This document shows, one piece after another, positions 8,450 to 17,960 of a stretch of 64,000 nucleotides of DNA. The notes beneath the pieces are model-generated. The model was not told where the DNA came from. It did not search any database and was given only the letters and a program-made list of their open reading frames with translations. Source of the DNA: a virus; IMG/VR virus record IMGVR_UViG_3300036820_000015, positions 1 through 64,000 of that record; one strand, written 5' to 3'. How positions within the stretch are numbered: position 1 is the stretch's first letter; every line of letters begins with the position of its first letter. Position numbers and translations under genes: made by a program.

Positions 8450-9544
8450 ATGACTAGACTCACGCGCCGACAGAAGATTGCTGCTACCACTGCGGCCGCT
8501 ATCGCCGTAGCCGGTACCGCTATCGGTCTGACCGTCTCGCAGGTCACCTCACCATCCTGCGCCGCCCCACCCACCTTTGTCTCGGGCGAAACGTTCAACG
8601 CTCCACCTAACGCCTGTTACACGCTCACCGCTCAGTCCATCAATCTCACCCAACTCTCCAATGTCACCATCAACGGTGGCACCTGGAACGATCCCAACAA
8701 ATCTCCCGGCCCTCATCCGAACGCCAAGCCGACAGAACGCGGCCGTCCTGCTTTCTACTTCGGCCAAGGCGCTAACGACATTCTCGAAAACGCCACCATC
8801 AACGGCGTCAACAATCCCGGTGGCTACAACGCTCACCTGGCTTTCAATGCTGGCATTCTGGCCGTCGGCACTCCCGATCTCACCATCACCAATGTCACCG
8901 TCAACCATGTCTTCGGTGACTGCCTCGAACTCCTGCCGCGACGCGGTCTCCATGGCGTCATCGAAGCAGCGGTGAACACTCTTACTGTCACCAAGTTCAC
9001 GGCCAATGTCTGCGGCCGCCAGGGCATCTCTCCGGTCTCACTGCACAACGCCACCTTCACCAATGTTTCGGTCAAGGGCACTGGCTTCGACTCAGTGGAC
9101 GATGAGGCGGATCAGTCTGCGGGCGAAGGTGCCAAGTCCGTCACCTTCAACGCTCCCTGCATGTTCTCCAAGACAATCGTAGAGAAGTCCGGGGGCTCAG
9201 CCAGTGGTCCGATCACCTTCAATGGCTGCTCGATCAACACTTCAGCCACCGGTGAAGCCATCCTGGTCACCAACCTCGACGGCTCGATACCAGCTGGACC
9301 CATCACGCTCAACAACTCGATCATCCAATGCGGATCATCCATCTATGTCGCCTGCCTCAATCTCAACGGCGCCAATGCCGTTCTCTCCGGTTCCACTCTC
9401 TCAGCTGCCCGCAATGGCAGTAAGGAGAAGCTCTATACCGCTACTCACGCCACCTCACTCACCTTCTCATCGACCACGACTACCGGTGGCTTCAAGGCCG
9501 GAACACACGACGCAACATCGACCGTCATAGGAGTACCCTCATGA
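8450..9544 (+). CDS. Exported right-handed beta-helix (pectin lyase-like) protein
   Basis: AGGAGG RBS, signal peptide MTRLTRRQKIAATTAAAIAVAG, beta-helix signatures (NVTING, VFGDCLEL, GRQGISPVS). Confidence 0.65.
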   Translation: MTRLTRRQKIAATTAAAIAVAGTAIGLTVSQVTSPSCAAPPTFVSGETFNAPPNACYTLTAQSINLTQLSNVTINGGTWNDPNKSPGPHPNAKPTERGRPAFYFGQGANDILENATINGVNNPGGYNAHLAFNAGILAVGTPDLTITNVTVNHVFGDCLELLPRRGLHGVIEAAVNTLTVTKFTANVCGRQGISPVSLHNATFTNVSVKGTGFDSVDDEADQSAGEGAKSVTFNAPCMFSKTIVEKSGGSASGPITFNGCSINTSATGEAILVTNLDGSIPAGPITLNNSIIQCGSSIYVACLNLNGANAVLSGSTLSAARNGSKEKLYTATHATSLTFSSTTTTGGFKAGTHDATSTVIGVPS

Positions 9545-9882
9545 GACAAGCCCGCTTCACCTGGATCGCTCTGTGCGTCCTATTGGGCGCACTTCTGTTC
9601 CCGTCCTATGCAGCAGCGTCCCCACTCCCGCGCGTCTCCCACCTCTACTCTGTCGAGTCCGGGCCATACTCCCATCCCGACCAAGTGGAACTCGAATGGA
9701 CTGATAACGCTGCCGTGACCGCCATCGCCGTGCATGAACCGAGTGGCCTGGTCGCTCATTACCAGCGCATCCAAGGTCTCGGCCAGTATCAGCCCCCTGG
9801 CACCTACCGTTACTGCATCACGCCGTCCTCGGCCACCGCCACCGGGCACACTCATTGCATCCGCGTTACGGTCCCCTCATGA
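9541..9882 (+). CDS. Exported FN3-like protein
   Basis: Signal peptide ending AAA; VELEWTDN...GTYRYCI. Confidence 0.55.
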   Translation: MRQARFTWIALCVLLGALLFPSYAAASPLPRVSHLYSVESGPYSHPDQVELEWTDNAAVTAIAVHEPSGLVAHYQRIQGLGQYQPPGTYRYCITPSSATATGHTHCIRVTVPS

Positions 9883-11027
9883 CCAAACTCCTCATCGACG
9901 TTGATATCTACGATTGCTTCACGCGGGCCCAGCGCCAGGAGTGGGGCACTTTTCTGAAGACCGAAGGCATTTCGGCTGTCTGGATGTCCAGCGCCGAGAT
10001 CGACACGGTGGCCCGGACCATCACCACCACTACCTTCGTGGTCGACTTCGAGGGTGATGCCAAAGGCGTCGTCGTATTGGACGAGGCCCAGCAGCCCCAG
10101 AAAGAGACCGCCGTCCACCAACTGAAACCGGATACAGTGGTCCCTGAGTTCCTCAAGCGCTACCCGGTCGGAGTGCGTTTGGTGGTATTGCAGTCTCTTC
10201 CGATCAACCCCAATCCAGCATTCATCCGACCTTTGGAGGTCACAGTCATGGGTAGTTACACGGTCCTCGAAACCGACAAGCCGGGCACACTGACGGCGGT
10301 CTACAAGAACGAAAACGGCGAAGTCGTCCCGCCGGACGACATTCCGGTATGGACGACCTCGAACGCCACCGCCGTCTCGATCTCGTCCACCTCACCGGAC
10401 GGCACGAGTGTGACGCTGGCCTATGGTGTCGAGGGACAGGCGTCCATCGTCTCCGCCTCGACCGACAAGGACGGCCAGAAGCTCTCCTCGCAGGACACCA
10501 TCACCGTGCTTCCGGGCGAGCCCACTACGGTCGAGACCGTCTTCACCCCTGGTGGCCCGCAGGACGTCCTCGACCCCGGTGACTCGCTGCCGCTCTACAC
10601 CTGGGATGGCACGACCGCGCCCGCCACGGGCACCTACGTCCAGGTGCTCGATGTCACTGCTGCCGACGGCACGGCTCTGTATACCTTCTCGGGTGACACG
10701 GCTAGCACCACCAACGCTCCGGCGGGCATCCAGCCCGGCTACTCGCTGTACGAGGGCACCGTGGAGGCCGTCACCCCTCCGCCACCTGCCGTCGTTACCG
10801 ACACGGCCTCGCTCCTGCCGCTCTACACCTGGGATGGCAGCACTCCGGCCGCCACAGGCACGTTCACGGCCGTCACTGACGTCGGTGGTGCATCGGGAGC
10901 CGATGGTGTCACTCCGGCCACGCTGTATACCTTCAGCGGCGACACCGTTGGTTCGGCGCCCACCGGGGTGCAGGCCGGGTACGCCCTGTTCGCCGGGACG
11001 CCGGTACCGCTCACGCCTGCCAGCTGA
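9879..11027 (+). CDS. Ig-like domain protein with two tandem ~65-aa repeats; possible internal start at 10248
   Basis: VWTTSNATAVSI Ig-like motif; LPLYTWDG..LYTFSGDT..Q.GY.L..GT occurs twice; GGAGG before ATG 10248. Confidence 0.65.
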   Translation: MTKLLIDVDIYDCFTRAQRQEWGTFLKTEGISAVWMSSAEIDTVARTITTTTFVVDFEGDAKGVVVLDEAQQPQKETAVHQLKPDTVVPEFLKRYPVGVRLVVLQSLPINPNPAFIRPLEVTVMGSYTVLETDKPGTLTAVYKNENGEVVPPDDIPVWTTSNATAVSISSTSPDGTSVTLAYGVEGQASIVSASTDKDGQKLSSQDTITVLPGEPTTVETVFTPGGPQDVLDPGDSLPLYTWDGTTAPATGTYVQVLDVTAADGTALYTFSGDTASTTNAPAGIQPGYSLYEGTVEAVTPPPPAVVTDTASLLPLYTWDGSTPAATGTFTAVTDVGGASGADGVTPATLYTFSGDTVGSAPTGVQAGYALFAGTPVPLTPAS

Positions 11028-11077
11028 GGTAGCCTGACGCCAGCGGGCAGGTCTGGCTTCCCAATCAGAGAAAAGCA

Positions 11078-11111
11078 AAGAGCCCGGGGCCGACAGTGAC
11101 CCCGGGCTCTT
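11078..11111. terminator. 12-bp hairpin, U-tract on the minus strand
   Basis: AAGAGCCCGGGG / CCCCGGGCTCTT. Confidence 0.6.
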
Positions 11112-11214
11112 GCGCGTCCAGAGAGCGAGCTTCGATTCCCCGCAACTCCTCCCTTGTCGGGCCGCCTCTCCATTGGGCTACCTCTGGACTAGCGCCCGGC
11201 TGCTGCGCCGCAAC

Positions 11215-11250
11215 CTAGTCCACCCTTCCACCGCGCGCGCGGACCATGCT
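11215..11250 (+). promoter_or_regulatory. Phage promoter motif before portal
   Basis: CTAGTCCACCC with GTCC at 11218, CATGCT at +27, ATG at +40. Confidence 0.7.
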
Positions 11251-11257
11251 GGCCACA

Positions 11258-13321
11258 ATGCCCGACGACTCTCCCACCGCGTCCGCTCTCGAAGACGCCA
11301 ACATGACCAAATGGGCGGGCGAACCCTCAGCCTCCTCCGGTCTGGCAGGCACTTCCACCGATCCGGCTGACCTGAACTACGACGCCCAGAAGAAGCCGAC
11401 ACCGTTCACCGAGGTCGGTGCCACCGGTCTCGCTCAGTACGGCGGGTTCATCCGCGAAGAGTTCCTCATCCAGCTGAGTGGTGACGCCGCCCTCAAGACC
11501 TGGCGTGAGATGTACGACAACGACGCCATCGTCGGGGCGTTCATGTACGCCGTGACGATGATCTGTCGGCAGGTCGAATGGCGCGTCGAGCCGCCCGAAG
11601 CAGCGACAGTGGACGATATCGTCGAGGAGAGGATCGCTGAGCGGCAGGCGAAGATTCAGGAGGCACAGCAGGCTCAGCAGCAGAAGCTGGCGATGACACA
11701 AGCAGGCCTTGCTGCCAACTCCACCAATCCCCGTGGGGCTGGTCCCGGTGGCAAGCCCGCTCCAACTCAGCCACCAGGGATGGGTCGGGCGGGACTAGCC
11801 GGGGCGGCGGGGGGAGCGCCCGGTCTCCACGAACCCATTGGCGGACATCCCACAGCAGGCGCAACACCTCCTGGTTCACCCGGTCCGAATCCACGTACCC
11901 AGGCTACCCTCCCCGGCACCAACGCCCCCGGCGAGTCCAATACCCCCGGCACCAATCCCGGTGGTGGCCCGGCTCAAGCTGCCGCCCTCGGTGGCCTCAC
12001 CGGTCTTCCTGGCGCTGGTTCACCGAAGAAGAAGCTCTCCAACCCGAACGATCCACCGTTCGCTGCCTCGCGCGACACCGATCCCCCGGGCTGGGTGCGC
12101 AACGTCCTCACGCGTCTCCGTAAAGCCGGTTCCGGTGGCGGCATGGTTGGTGGCATTGATGAAGGCTCAGCCGATGCCAACGCTGTCGACCCCGAGACTG
12201 ATGAACCTCTCATCTACCCAACCGGTGCCGGGCCCGAGGACATAACGCCCGAAGCGCGCAAAGCCCTCGAACTCGCTGTCCTGGTCGAGACCGCCCTGCA
12301 CGACATGTCCAACTCCTGGGCCGAGACGGTGGCCGAAGTCTTCACCATGATCCCCTTCGGCTTCGCTTTCCACGAGATCGTCTACAAGAAGCGCAACGGG
12401 CCGAATCCTGATTACCCGGAGCAGGGCTCGAAGTTCTCCGACGGCCGCATCGGTTGGGCCAAGTGGGCCGGGCGTGCTCAGGAGACACGTTTCCGTTGGG
12501 AGTTCGGTGACCACGGTGAAGTGCTCGGCATGTGGCAGCTGGCGCCCCCGAAGTTCCAACTGCGCTATCTGCCGCTCTCCAAAGCGCTTCTCTTCCGCAC
12601 CACCGGCTACAAGGGCAACCCGGAAGGCAAGTCCTCTCTGCGCTCCGCCTACCGCTCCTGGTACTACCTGAAGCGCATTCAGGAGACCGAGGCCATCGGT
12701 GTCGAGCGCGACCTGGCCGGTCTCCCTGTCTTCAAGGTCCCAGCCAAGATGATGTCGGCCAACGCCACGCCGGAAGAGAAAGCCGTTCTGGCTGCCATCA
12801 AGAAGCTGGTACGCAACATCCGGCGCAACGAGCAAGAGGGTGTCGTGCTCCCCATGGAGTACGACGACGATGGCAACGAGATGTATACCTTCGAGCTTCT
12901 CGCTTCGCCCTCGCGTCGGCAGTTCGACACCAACCAGATCATCACGCGCTACGAATCGCGCATGGCCATGACCCTGCTGGCTGACTTCATCCTCATGGGT
13001 CATGACGCCGTCGGAGCGCGCTCGCTCGGTGAGACGAAGACCGACATGTTCACCACGGCCTTGGAGGCCTTCCTCGACATTGTGGCTGACGTGGCCAACA
13101 CCTTTGCTGTACCGCGACTCATGCAGCTGAACGGTGAGGACCCGGCTATGTCGCCCATCATCAGCCACGGCAAGCTGGAGACGGTCACGCTGGAGCAGAT
13201 CGCTGCGATCATCACCGCACTGAGCGGGGCTGGGGATGACCTGTTCCCGGACACGAGTCTGTCGGACTGGGTGCGGGATAAGTTCGGGGCGCCACCGAAG
13301 GCAGCATCACCGGACCTGTAG
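11258..13321 (+). CDS. Portal protein (DUF935-like) with a large Pro/Gly/Gln-rich insertion
   Basis: EVGATGL..YGG.IREEF, ND.IVGA, FGFAFHEIVYK, GNPEGKS.LRSAYRSW, AIGVERDLAGLP. Confidence 0.9.
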   Translation: MPDDSPTASALEDANMTKWAGEPSASSGLAGTSTDPADLNYDAQKKPTPFTEVGATGLAQYGGFIREEFLIQLSGDAALKTWREMYDNDAIVGAFMYAVTMICRQVEWRVEPPEAATVDDIVEERIAERQAKIQEAQQAQQQKLAMTQAGLAANSTNPRGAGPGGKPAPTQPPGMGRAGLAGAAGGAPGLHEPIGGHPTAGATPPGSPGPNPRTQATLPGTNAPGESNTPGTNPGGGPAQAAALGGLTGLPGAGSPKKKLSNPNDPPFAASRDTDPPGWVRNVLTRLRKAGSGGGMVGGIDEGSADANAVDPETDEPLIYPTGAGPEDITPEARKALELAVLVETALHDMSNSWAETVAEVFTMIPFGFAFHEIVYKKRNGPNPDYPEQGSKFSDGRIGWAKWAGRAQETRFRWEFGDHGEVLGMWQLAPPKFQLRYLPLSKALLFRTTGYKGNPEGKSSLRSAYRSWYYLKRIQETEAIGVERDLAGLPVFKVPAKMMSANATPEEKAVLAAIKKLVRNIRRNEQEGVVLPMEYDDDGNEMYTFELLASPSRRQFDTNQIITRYESRMAMTLLADFILMGHDAVGARSLGETKTDMFTTALEAFLDIVADVANTFAVPRLMQLNGEDPAMSPIISHGKLETVTLEQIAAIITALSGAGDDLFPDTSLSDWVRDKFGAPPKAASPDL

Positions 13322-13693
13322 GGGCACGGTAGGGCCGAAGTCACCGGCTGGTATCTCAGCAGCAGTAGTGGCGACTTTAGGGCAGCTATCCAAGGAACCC
13401 AGAACAGTCCACCGTGCCGTCCGCCCTACAGTACCACCTGTGGGCACACCGTTCGACGGACACATCCATCTCACCCCTCTCATCACCACCAAATGGGGTG
13501 AGCACCCTTGGGGCTGGGGAGCGGATCGCACGGCCACCTGGCCGGTCGCCAAAGGGCAGCTACCCTGTTGCGGCTCGAAGATCACGCCGGACTCAGCGCG
13601 CGGGCTGCAGTACCCGGATGGCAAGTTCCGTTGTGCTGACTGCGCGCGCGCGTACTGCTTCATAGTGGAGGAGTTCGTGGAGTCGATGGGGCT

Positions 13694-13867
13694 GTGACCT
13701 ACGGCCAGACTGTTGCTGCCATCGCGCGCGCTTTCCCCGGCACCACTCTCGTGCGTCCGTATCCCCTGCACTACGTCGGCCTCCGCTCCTGCATTGCCTG
13801 TGGCGGCGCCACGATCTACGAGGACGATGAGGGGTATGCTTGGCATCGGAGGTGTGTACCTACATGA
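13694..13867 (+). CDS. Small Zn-binding protein
   Basis: CIAC...WHRRC; GTGA and ATGA coupling. Confidence 0.5.
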   Translation: MTYGQTVAAIARAFPGTTLVRPYPLHYVGLRSCIACGGATIYEDDEGYAWHRRCVPT

Positions 13868-14121
13868 CTGACCACCTGGACGTGAAGACGTATAGCGCTC
13901 TCTCTAATGAGGATCGTCAGTCTGTCGACGACTGGTTCTTGCAAGAGGTCGGCAAACCGATCAACCGCGAGATGGCTACTGACATGCGGATTGGGGACGA
14001 TTGGATGCTGGTGGTGGAGCGCTACGTCACGGACGAAAAGGGGATATGGAAGCCGCCCGCTCGGCAGGTGACCGTGGCTTATGGGCCGGTCAAGACGGCT
14101 CCGCCATGGGGTGATTGGTGA
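13864..14121 (+). CDS. Hypothetical protein
   Basis: GGAGG RBS, ATGA overlap. Confidence 0.6.
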   Translation: MTDHLDVKTYSALSNEDRQSVDDWFLQEVGKPINREMATDMRIGDDWMLVVERYVTDEKGIWKPPARQVTVAYGPVKTAPPWGDW

Positions 14122-14128
14122 CACCGAC

Positions 14129-14338
14129 ATGACTGAACTCAGCGACGCCACCGATCAGGAGATAAGTCGAGGAACTCACCCGGCGTGGCTCTCTCCCTCG
14201 TTGCAAGTGCAGCAGATGGTCGACTTACATCGGGGTCTGGGACCGAGACGGAAATACTCTTCGGTGTCAGGGATGCCGCAAGGCTGTAGCGAAATGTCAG
14301 TGTCGATGATGACCGACTTTGAGCTAAATCCGACATGA
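14129..14338 (+). CDS. Hypothetical protein
   Basis: Fills the operon gap, ATGA-coupled downstream. Confidence 0.45.
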   Translation: MTELSDATDQEISRGTHPAWLSPSLQVQQMVDLHRGLGPRRKYSSVSGMPQGCSEMSVSMMTDFELNPT

Positions 14339-14550
14339 CTGAGCCGATCCCCCACTGGACCAGTCGGAAGTTCCGTGGCGGCCAGATGTTTACTCTCCGG
14401 GTCCAGCGAAGGACGTTGGCTCGGGTGGCGGTCCAGGACGAAGTTCTCTACCGGACGTTTTGGGAGACCAAGCTTCCTATCCGTGTAGGCAAGCACTCTT
14501 ACGACGCGTCCATCCGCTATGGGTTGCCGCGCGTGGAGCAGGTGTCGTGA
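14335..14550 (+). CDS. Hypothetical protein
   Basis: Coupled ORF. Confidence 0.5.
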   Translation: MTEPIPHWTSRKFRGGQMFTLRVQRRTLARVAVQDEVLYRTFWETKLPIRVGKHSYDASIRYGLPRVEQVS

Positions 14551-14873
14551 CTGTCCATCCTCTGACTGATGATGACGAGGCCATCTATCAACGTTTGTGC
14601 ATGCTCATCTCTGAAGCGGGGTACTCTTCGGAATGGGTGAATCGGGTCGGACGATTGACTGACTGTCTGACGGTTACAGCTACCGATCATGGCAAAGAGG
14701 TTATTCCTGCTGAAGTGTGTTGGAAGGCCTTCGATCTCGCATACGGCCGGACGCTTGGCGAAACTGAAGGCATCGTTGAGGGGAAACTCCACTGGGGAGT
14801 CGACCGAAGGACGGGGCTCATTTTCGCTGAGGTCTATGGGAATCGCCAAGAAGATGACGACGCATCCTCCTAA
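14547..14873 (+). CDS. Hypothetical protein
   Basis: GTGA-coupled ORF. Confidence 0.5.
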   Translation: MTVHPLTDDDEAIYQRLCMLISEAGYSSEWVNRVGRLTDCLTVTATDHGKEVIPAEVCWKAFDLAYGRTLGETEGIVEGKLHWGVDRRTGLIFAEVYGNRQEDDDASS

Positions 14874-15318
14874 GTTCGACATGAGCGGAAGCGTGCTATG
14901 GCAGAACTGTGTGGAGTGGGAACTCTCGTGTGACAGGTACGGATACGGACAGGTAATGATTACCGTGGCCCCCAAGCAGCGGCGTCTCATGCGTGTCCAT
15001 CGTGCTGCTTGGGTGGCTATCTTTGGTGAGATTCCACCTGAGGTCCATCTGCTCCATCGCTGTGATAATCCACCCTGCTATAACCTGAAGCACTTATTCA
15101 TTGGCGACCAGGCAGGCAACATGGTCGACAAGATTCGCAAAGGTCGCCAGCCGATTGCTTACAAGTTCAAGGAACGCGAGGGTCCACTGACAGCAGAGGA
15201 GATGCAAGAAGCCGAGAAACTAATAGCTCAAGGACTCTCGCAGGCCGTTGTGGGAAATATATTCAATGTCAGTCGGAGTTATATTGCCAAACGATTTAGA
15301 ATATCGGCGCTCCGATGA
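14854..15318 (+). CDS. HNH endonuclease (free-standing homing type) with C-terminal HTH
   Basis: C.EW...GYG...VHRAAW...LHRCDNPPCYN..HL..G...N..D..KGR; AT-richer than the flanks. Confidence 0.9.
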   Translation: MTTHPPKFDMSGSVLWQNCVEWELSCDRYGYGQVMITVAPKQRRLMRVHRAAWVAIFGEIPPEVHLLHRCDNPPCYNLKHLFIGDQAGNMVDKIRKGRQPIAYKFKEREGPLTAEEMQEAEKLIAQGLSQAVVGNIFNVSRSYIAKRFRISALR

Positions 15319-16397
15319 TTCGTCCGCCTCGCATGGACATTCCCTATCTCGGCGGCCCCGAAGACCGCATCTTCGCCGCCTTCCACGACTCCTACTCCTC
15401 AGCCGCTCACGTCTGGCGCACCATGGCCAGCCGCGTCTTCGCTCTCGACGATCCATTGGCAGTAGCCCACACTGCAATGGACGGTGACGCTCTCAAGTTC
15501 TACGAGGCCCTTGTCCCCGAGCTCGAACTAGCCCATCGCACGGGAGCGGCCCGAGGCCGCAAGCAAGTTGCCGCAGTACACGACTGGACTTGGCCGACGG
15601 CGACTATCAAAGCGGCTATGCCCGCCTACTCCGATCCCATCTACCCCATTCGCGAACTCCACCTCCCCCGCTGGCCATCCTCCATCCGCATCCCCCCAGT
15701 GCCGCGCGCGCATCGCACCTTCGGCCACGCTCCTCTCTCCCACATAGACGCCGCCCGCGACCTCGCCCTCAACCTCGTCACCCAGGTCGACCAGACTCAA
15801 CGCGACACCATCGCCGCCATGATTACCGAGGCCATCACGCGCGGCTTCGATGCCGATCTCACCGGGCTCCGTATAGCCAATGTCGTTGGCCTCTTCCCCC
15901 GCTGGCAGCGCGCCGTCGATAATCTCTTCACCAACATGCTGAGCAACGACGTGCCGCTCAGGATCGCCCAGAAGCGCGCTGACGACTATGCCGACTCACT
16001 CCGCGAGAAGCGTGGGCGGATGATCGCGCGGACCGAGCTACTCAGAGCTATGAATAGCGGGCGGCAGGCGGGCTGGCAGAGCATGGCGGATAAGGGTCAG
16101 CTGGACCCCGAACGCTCAATCAAGGAGTGGGTAAGTGCATCCGTTGGTGCTTGCGAGGAGTGCGACTACCTTGGTGATGTTCAGGGTAGTGGGCACGGGT
16201 ACCGCGTACGCGGTATCGACGGTCTGTTCCCTACCGAGTGGGGACCGATTCCGCATCCGCCAGCGCATCCGCACTGTCGTTGCGCGTGTATCCTCCATCC
16301 GGTGTTCGTCTCCTTAGAGCGCGACTCCGATCAGGAAGCTATGGACGACGCTGATCTCAACAACCCGGAGATGGCTCAGATTCTGCATCTCGTCTGA
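15315..16397 (+). CDS. MuF-like minor head (head morphogenesis) protein
   Basis: RMIARTE..RAMNSG, KEWVS, CEEC, PPAHPHCRC. Confidence 0.9.
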   Translation: MIRPPRMDIPYLGGPEDRIFAAFHDSYSSAAHVWRTMASRVFALDDPLAVAHTAMDGDALKFYEALVPELELAHRTGAARGRKQVAAVHDWTWPTATIKAAMPAYSDPIYPIRELHLPRWPSSIRIPPVPRAHRTFGHAPLSHIDAARDLALNLVTQVDQTQRDTIAAMITEAITRGFDADLTGLRIANVVGLFPRWQRAVDNLFTNMLSNDVPLRIAQKRADDYADSLREKRGRMIARTELLRAMNSGRQAGWQSMADKGQLDPERSIKEWVSASVGACEECDYLGDVQGSGHGYRVRGIDGLFPTEWGPIPHPPAHPHCRCACILHPVFVSLERDSDQEAMDDADLNNPEMAQILHLV

Positions 16398-16614
16398 GCA
16401 CTCGCATTGGTGCCATGTCTGGCCAATCTTCGTACACGGTGGCGTTATGCCAGACCCTTGTGGGTGCTCGCATAGGCTTCAGGCTTCCGGGGGGACAGAA
16501 GACGAGTACCCATACTTGACTGTTGTAGTTCTGATGAGCGACGACAAGTTCGCCCTCCTCACCTTTGACGTCACCTAACTCCAACTCATGGGGGAACAGG
16601 TTCAGAAAGCTCAT
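16357..16614 (-). CDS. Hypothetical protein
   Basis: ATGA-coupled last gene of a minus-strand cluster. Confidence 0.5.
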   Translation of the reverse strand: MSFLNLFPHELELGDVKGEEGELVVAHQNYNSQVWVLVFCPPGSLKPMRAPTRVWHNATVYEDWPDMAPMRVLRRDAESEPSPGC

Positions 16615-16907
16615 GAGCGTGGTGGCATCCCGATTGGCAGCTGGACGACACCCTCCTCGATGCAAGCGTGAGCCAGCAACTCTTGGTACTTCCGAGGGTG
16701 TCGCCGCTTGAGTTCAGTGATGGCACCGGAGTAGGTGGCTCCGTCATAACGGACGCCGGAGTGTCGAGCGCCAATAGGAGCCAGAAGGAAATACTCGGAG
16801 TGGTAATACTTGAGCAGTCGATGTCGAGCCTTCTGTCTTGCCCGGCTTCGGGCCTTCCTGTTCTCCATGCCAGCAGGTGTTCTGTGCCGCTGCTCGGACT
16901 CACGCAT
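16611..16907 (-). CDS. Basic helical protein
   Basis: Two AR..A...L...H..Y..L motifs; a similar motif occurs in 54163..54435. Confidence 0.55.
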   Translation of the reverse strand: MRESEQRHRTPAGMENRKARSRARQKARHRLLKYYHSEYFLLAPIGARHSGVRYDGATYSGAITELKRRHPRKYQELLAHACIEEGVVQLPIGMPPRS

Positions 16908-17313
16908 GTCGGATCTCCACCTTCACTGGTCTCCCTAAATCCTCATTGTACGAACACTGCGGTGGCAACAGTACCTGCGGATTCGGCTCCCCAATCCACG
17001 GATACTCACGGCACAACGTCGGCCGATTCTCCCAGTTCGTACAGCGCATCGCCACCGGGTCGTGGAAATCGCAGAGGTAGTAGTACGCCGTCGGACTCAA
17101 CTGCCCATCGATGTCCTTCACGATCAGCCCAGCCTCCTTCAGCCAGGGCTGGATCTCGATGGCCTCGCGCCGCGTGATCGGTGTCAGGTGGTCGAGGATG
17201 TGTAGCCAGTTGTCTTCAGTGAAGCGCTCCGGGCGTGAGGCAACATCGGCTTGGGAGTAGCCAAGGGAGACGGGGCGGCAACAGGCGCCGCACCCATTAC
17301 AGGTGGCTGGCAT
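16900..17313 (-). CDS. YkgJ family cysteine-cluster (CxxCxxCC) protein
   Basis: CNGCGACCR...CDFHD...RC..WENRPTLCREYP. Confidence 0.85.
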   Translation of the reverse strand: MPATCNGCGACCRPVSLGYSQADVASRPERFTEDNWLHILDHLTPITRREAIEIQPWLKEAGLIVKDIDGQLSPTAYYYLCDFHDPVAMRCTNWENRPTLCREYPWIGEPNPQVLLPPQCSYNEDLGRPVKVEIRHA

Positions 17314-17464
17314 CGTCCGGCTTCGCGCGTACCAATGGCCGATACGCGATACACAAACACTGCGACGGCCCCTCCTGCACCTGACAGTACCCACTCCGAT
17401 TCTGCCAGTGCCCTTCGCGCGGATCATGATTGCACTGGCAGACCACGACCTCATCACTCGCCAT
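17297..17464 (-). CDS. Small Cys/His Zn-binding protein (absent from the ORF track)
   Basis: MASDEVVVCQCNH...GH...YC...QCLCIAYRP. Confidence 0.55.
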   Translation of the reverse strand: MASDEVVVCQCNHDPREGHWQNRSGYCQVQEGPSQCLCIAYRPLVRAKPDDASHL

Positions 17465-17687
17465 TAGCCGCTGCCTCCATCATGCTCTTCAGGTCCTCTA
17501 CGGTCAGAGACTTGGTAGCGAAAGCGTGTGCAGCAAGGAAGGCAATCAACTCGGCTGATTTCCTCTGGTAGAGGAGCACCTCGCGCTGCATGATCTGGTT
17601 GAAGGCGTCGTCATCCCGCGCCGCGAAGGTCTCCAGCAATCGGATGACGACGTCGAAGGTCCAGAGTGGTGGGGCTTCAGATGCCAT
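17454..17687 (-). CDS. Hypothetical protein
   Basis: AGGAG RBS, overlaps neighbours. Confidence 0.55.
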   Translation of the reverse strand: MASEAPPLWTFDVVIRLLETFAARDDDAFNQIMQREVLLYQRKSAELIAFLAAHAFATKSLTVEDLKSMMEAAANGE

Positions 17688-17880
17688 CTCGCCACTCCTG
17701 TTCGCGTCGCGGCCTGCGCATGGGGCCGTAGTAATACTTCCGCTCATAGTGTCGGTTGATAAGCACCCACACCCCAACCGATCCCCCGACAGTGCCGATC
17801 CAGAACGGTGTCGGCCATTCAATGGCCAGCAGAATGAAGATCACCGTTGGGATCAGCGTGACCAATCTCCATCTATCCAT
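17677..17880 (-). CDS. Small two-TM membrane protein
   Basis: Two hydrophobic segments and a basic tail. Confidence 0.55.
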   Translation of the reverse strand: MDRWRLVTLIPTVIFILLAIEWPTPFWIGTVGGSVGVWVLINRHYERKYYYGPMRRPRREQEWRDGI

Positions 17881-17918
17881 CCCGGCAGCCTACCCTGTCA
17901 GCCAACAGCCTCCAGTGA

Positions 17919-17954
17919 TCCCTCCCCCACTCTTCTCGCCACCCCTCCTACGCT
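17919..17954 (+). promoter_or_regulatory. Phage promoter motif
   Basis: CTCCCCCACT at 17922, TACGCT at +27, ATG at +39. Confidence 0.65.
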
Positions 17955-17960
17955 CGGGCT

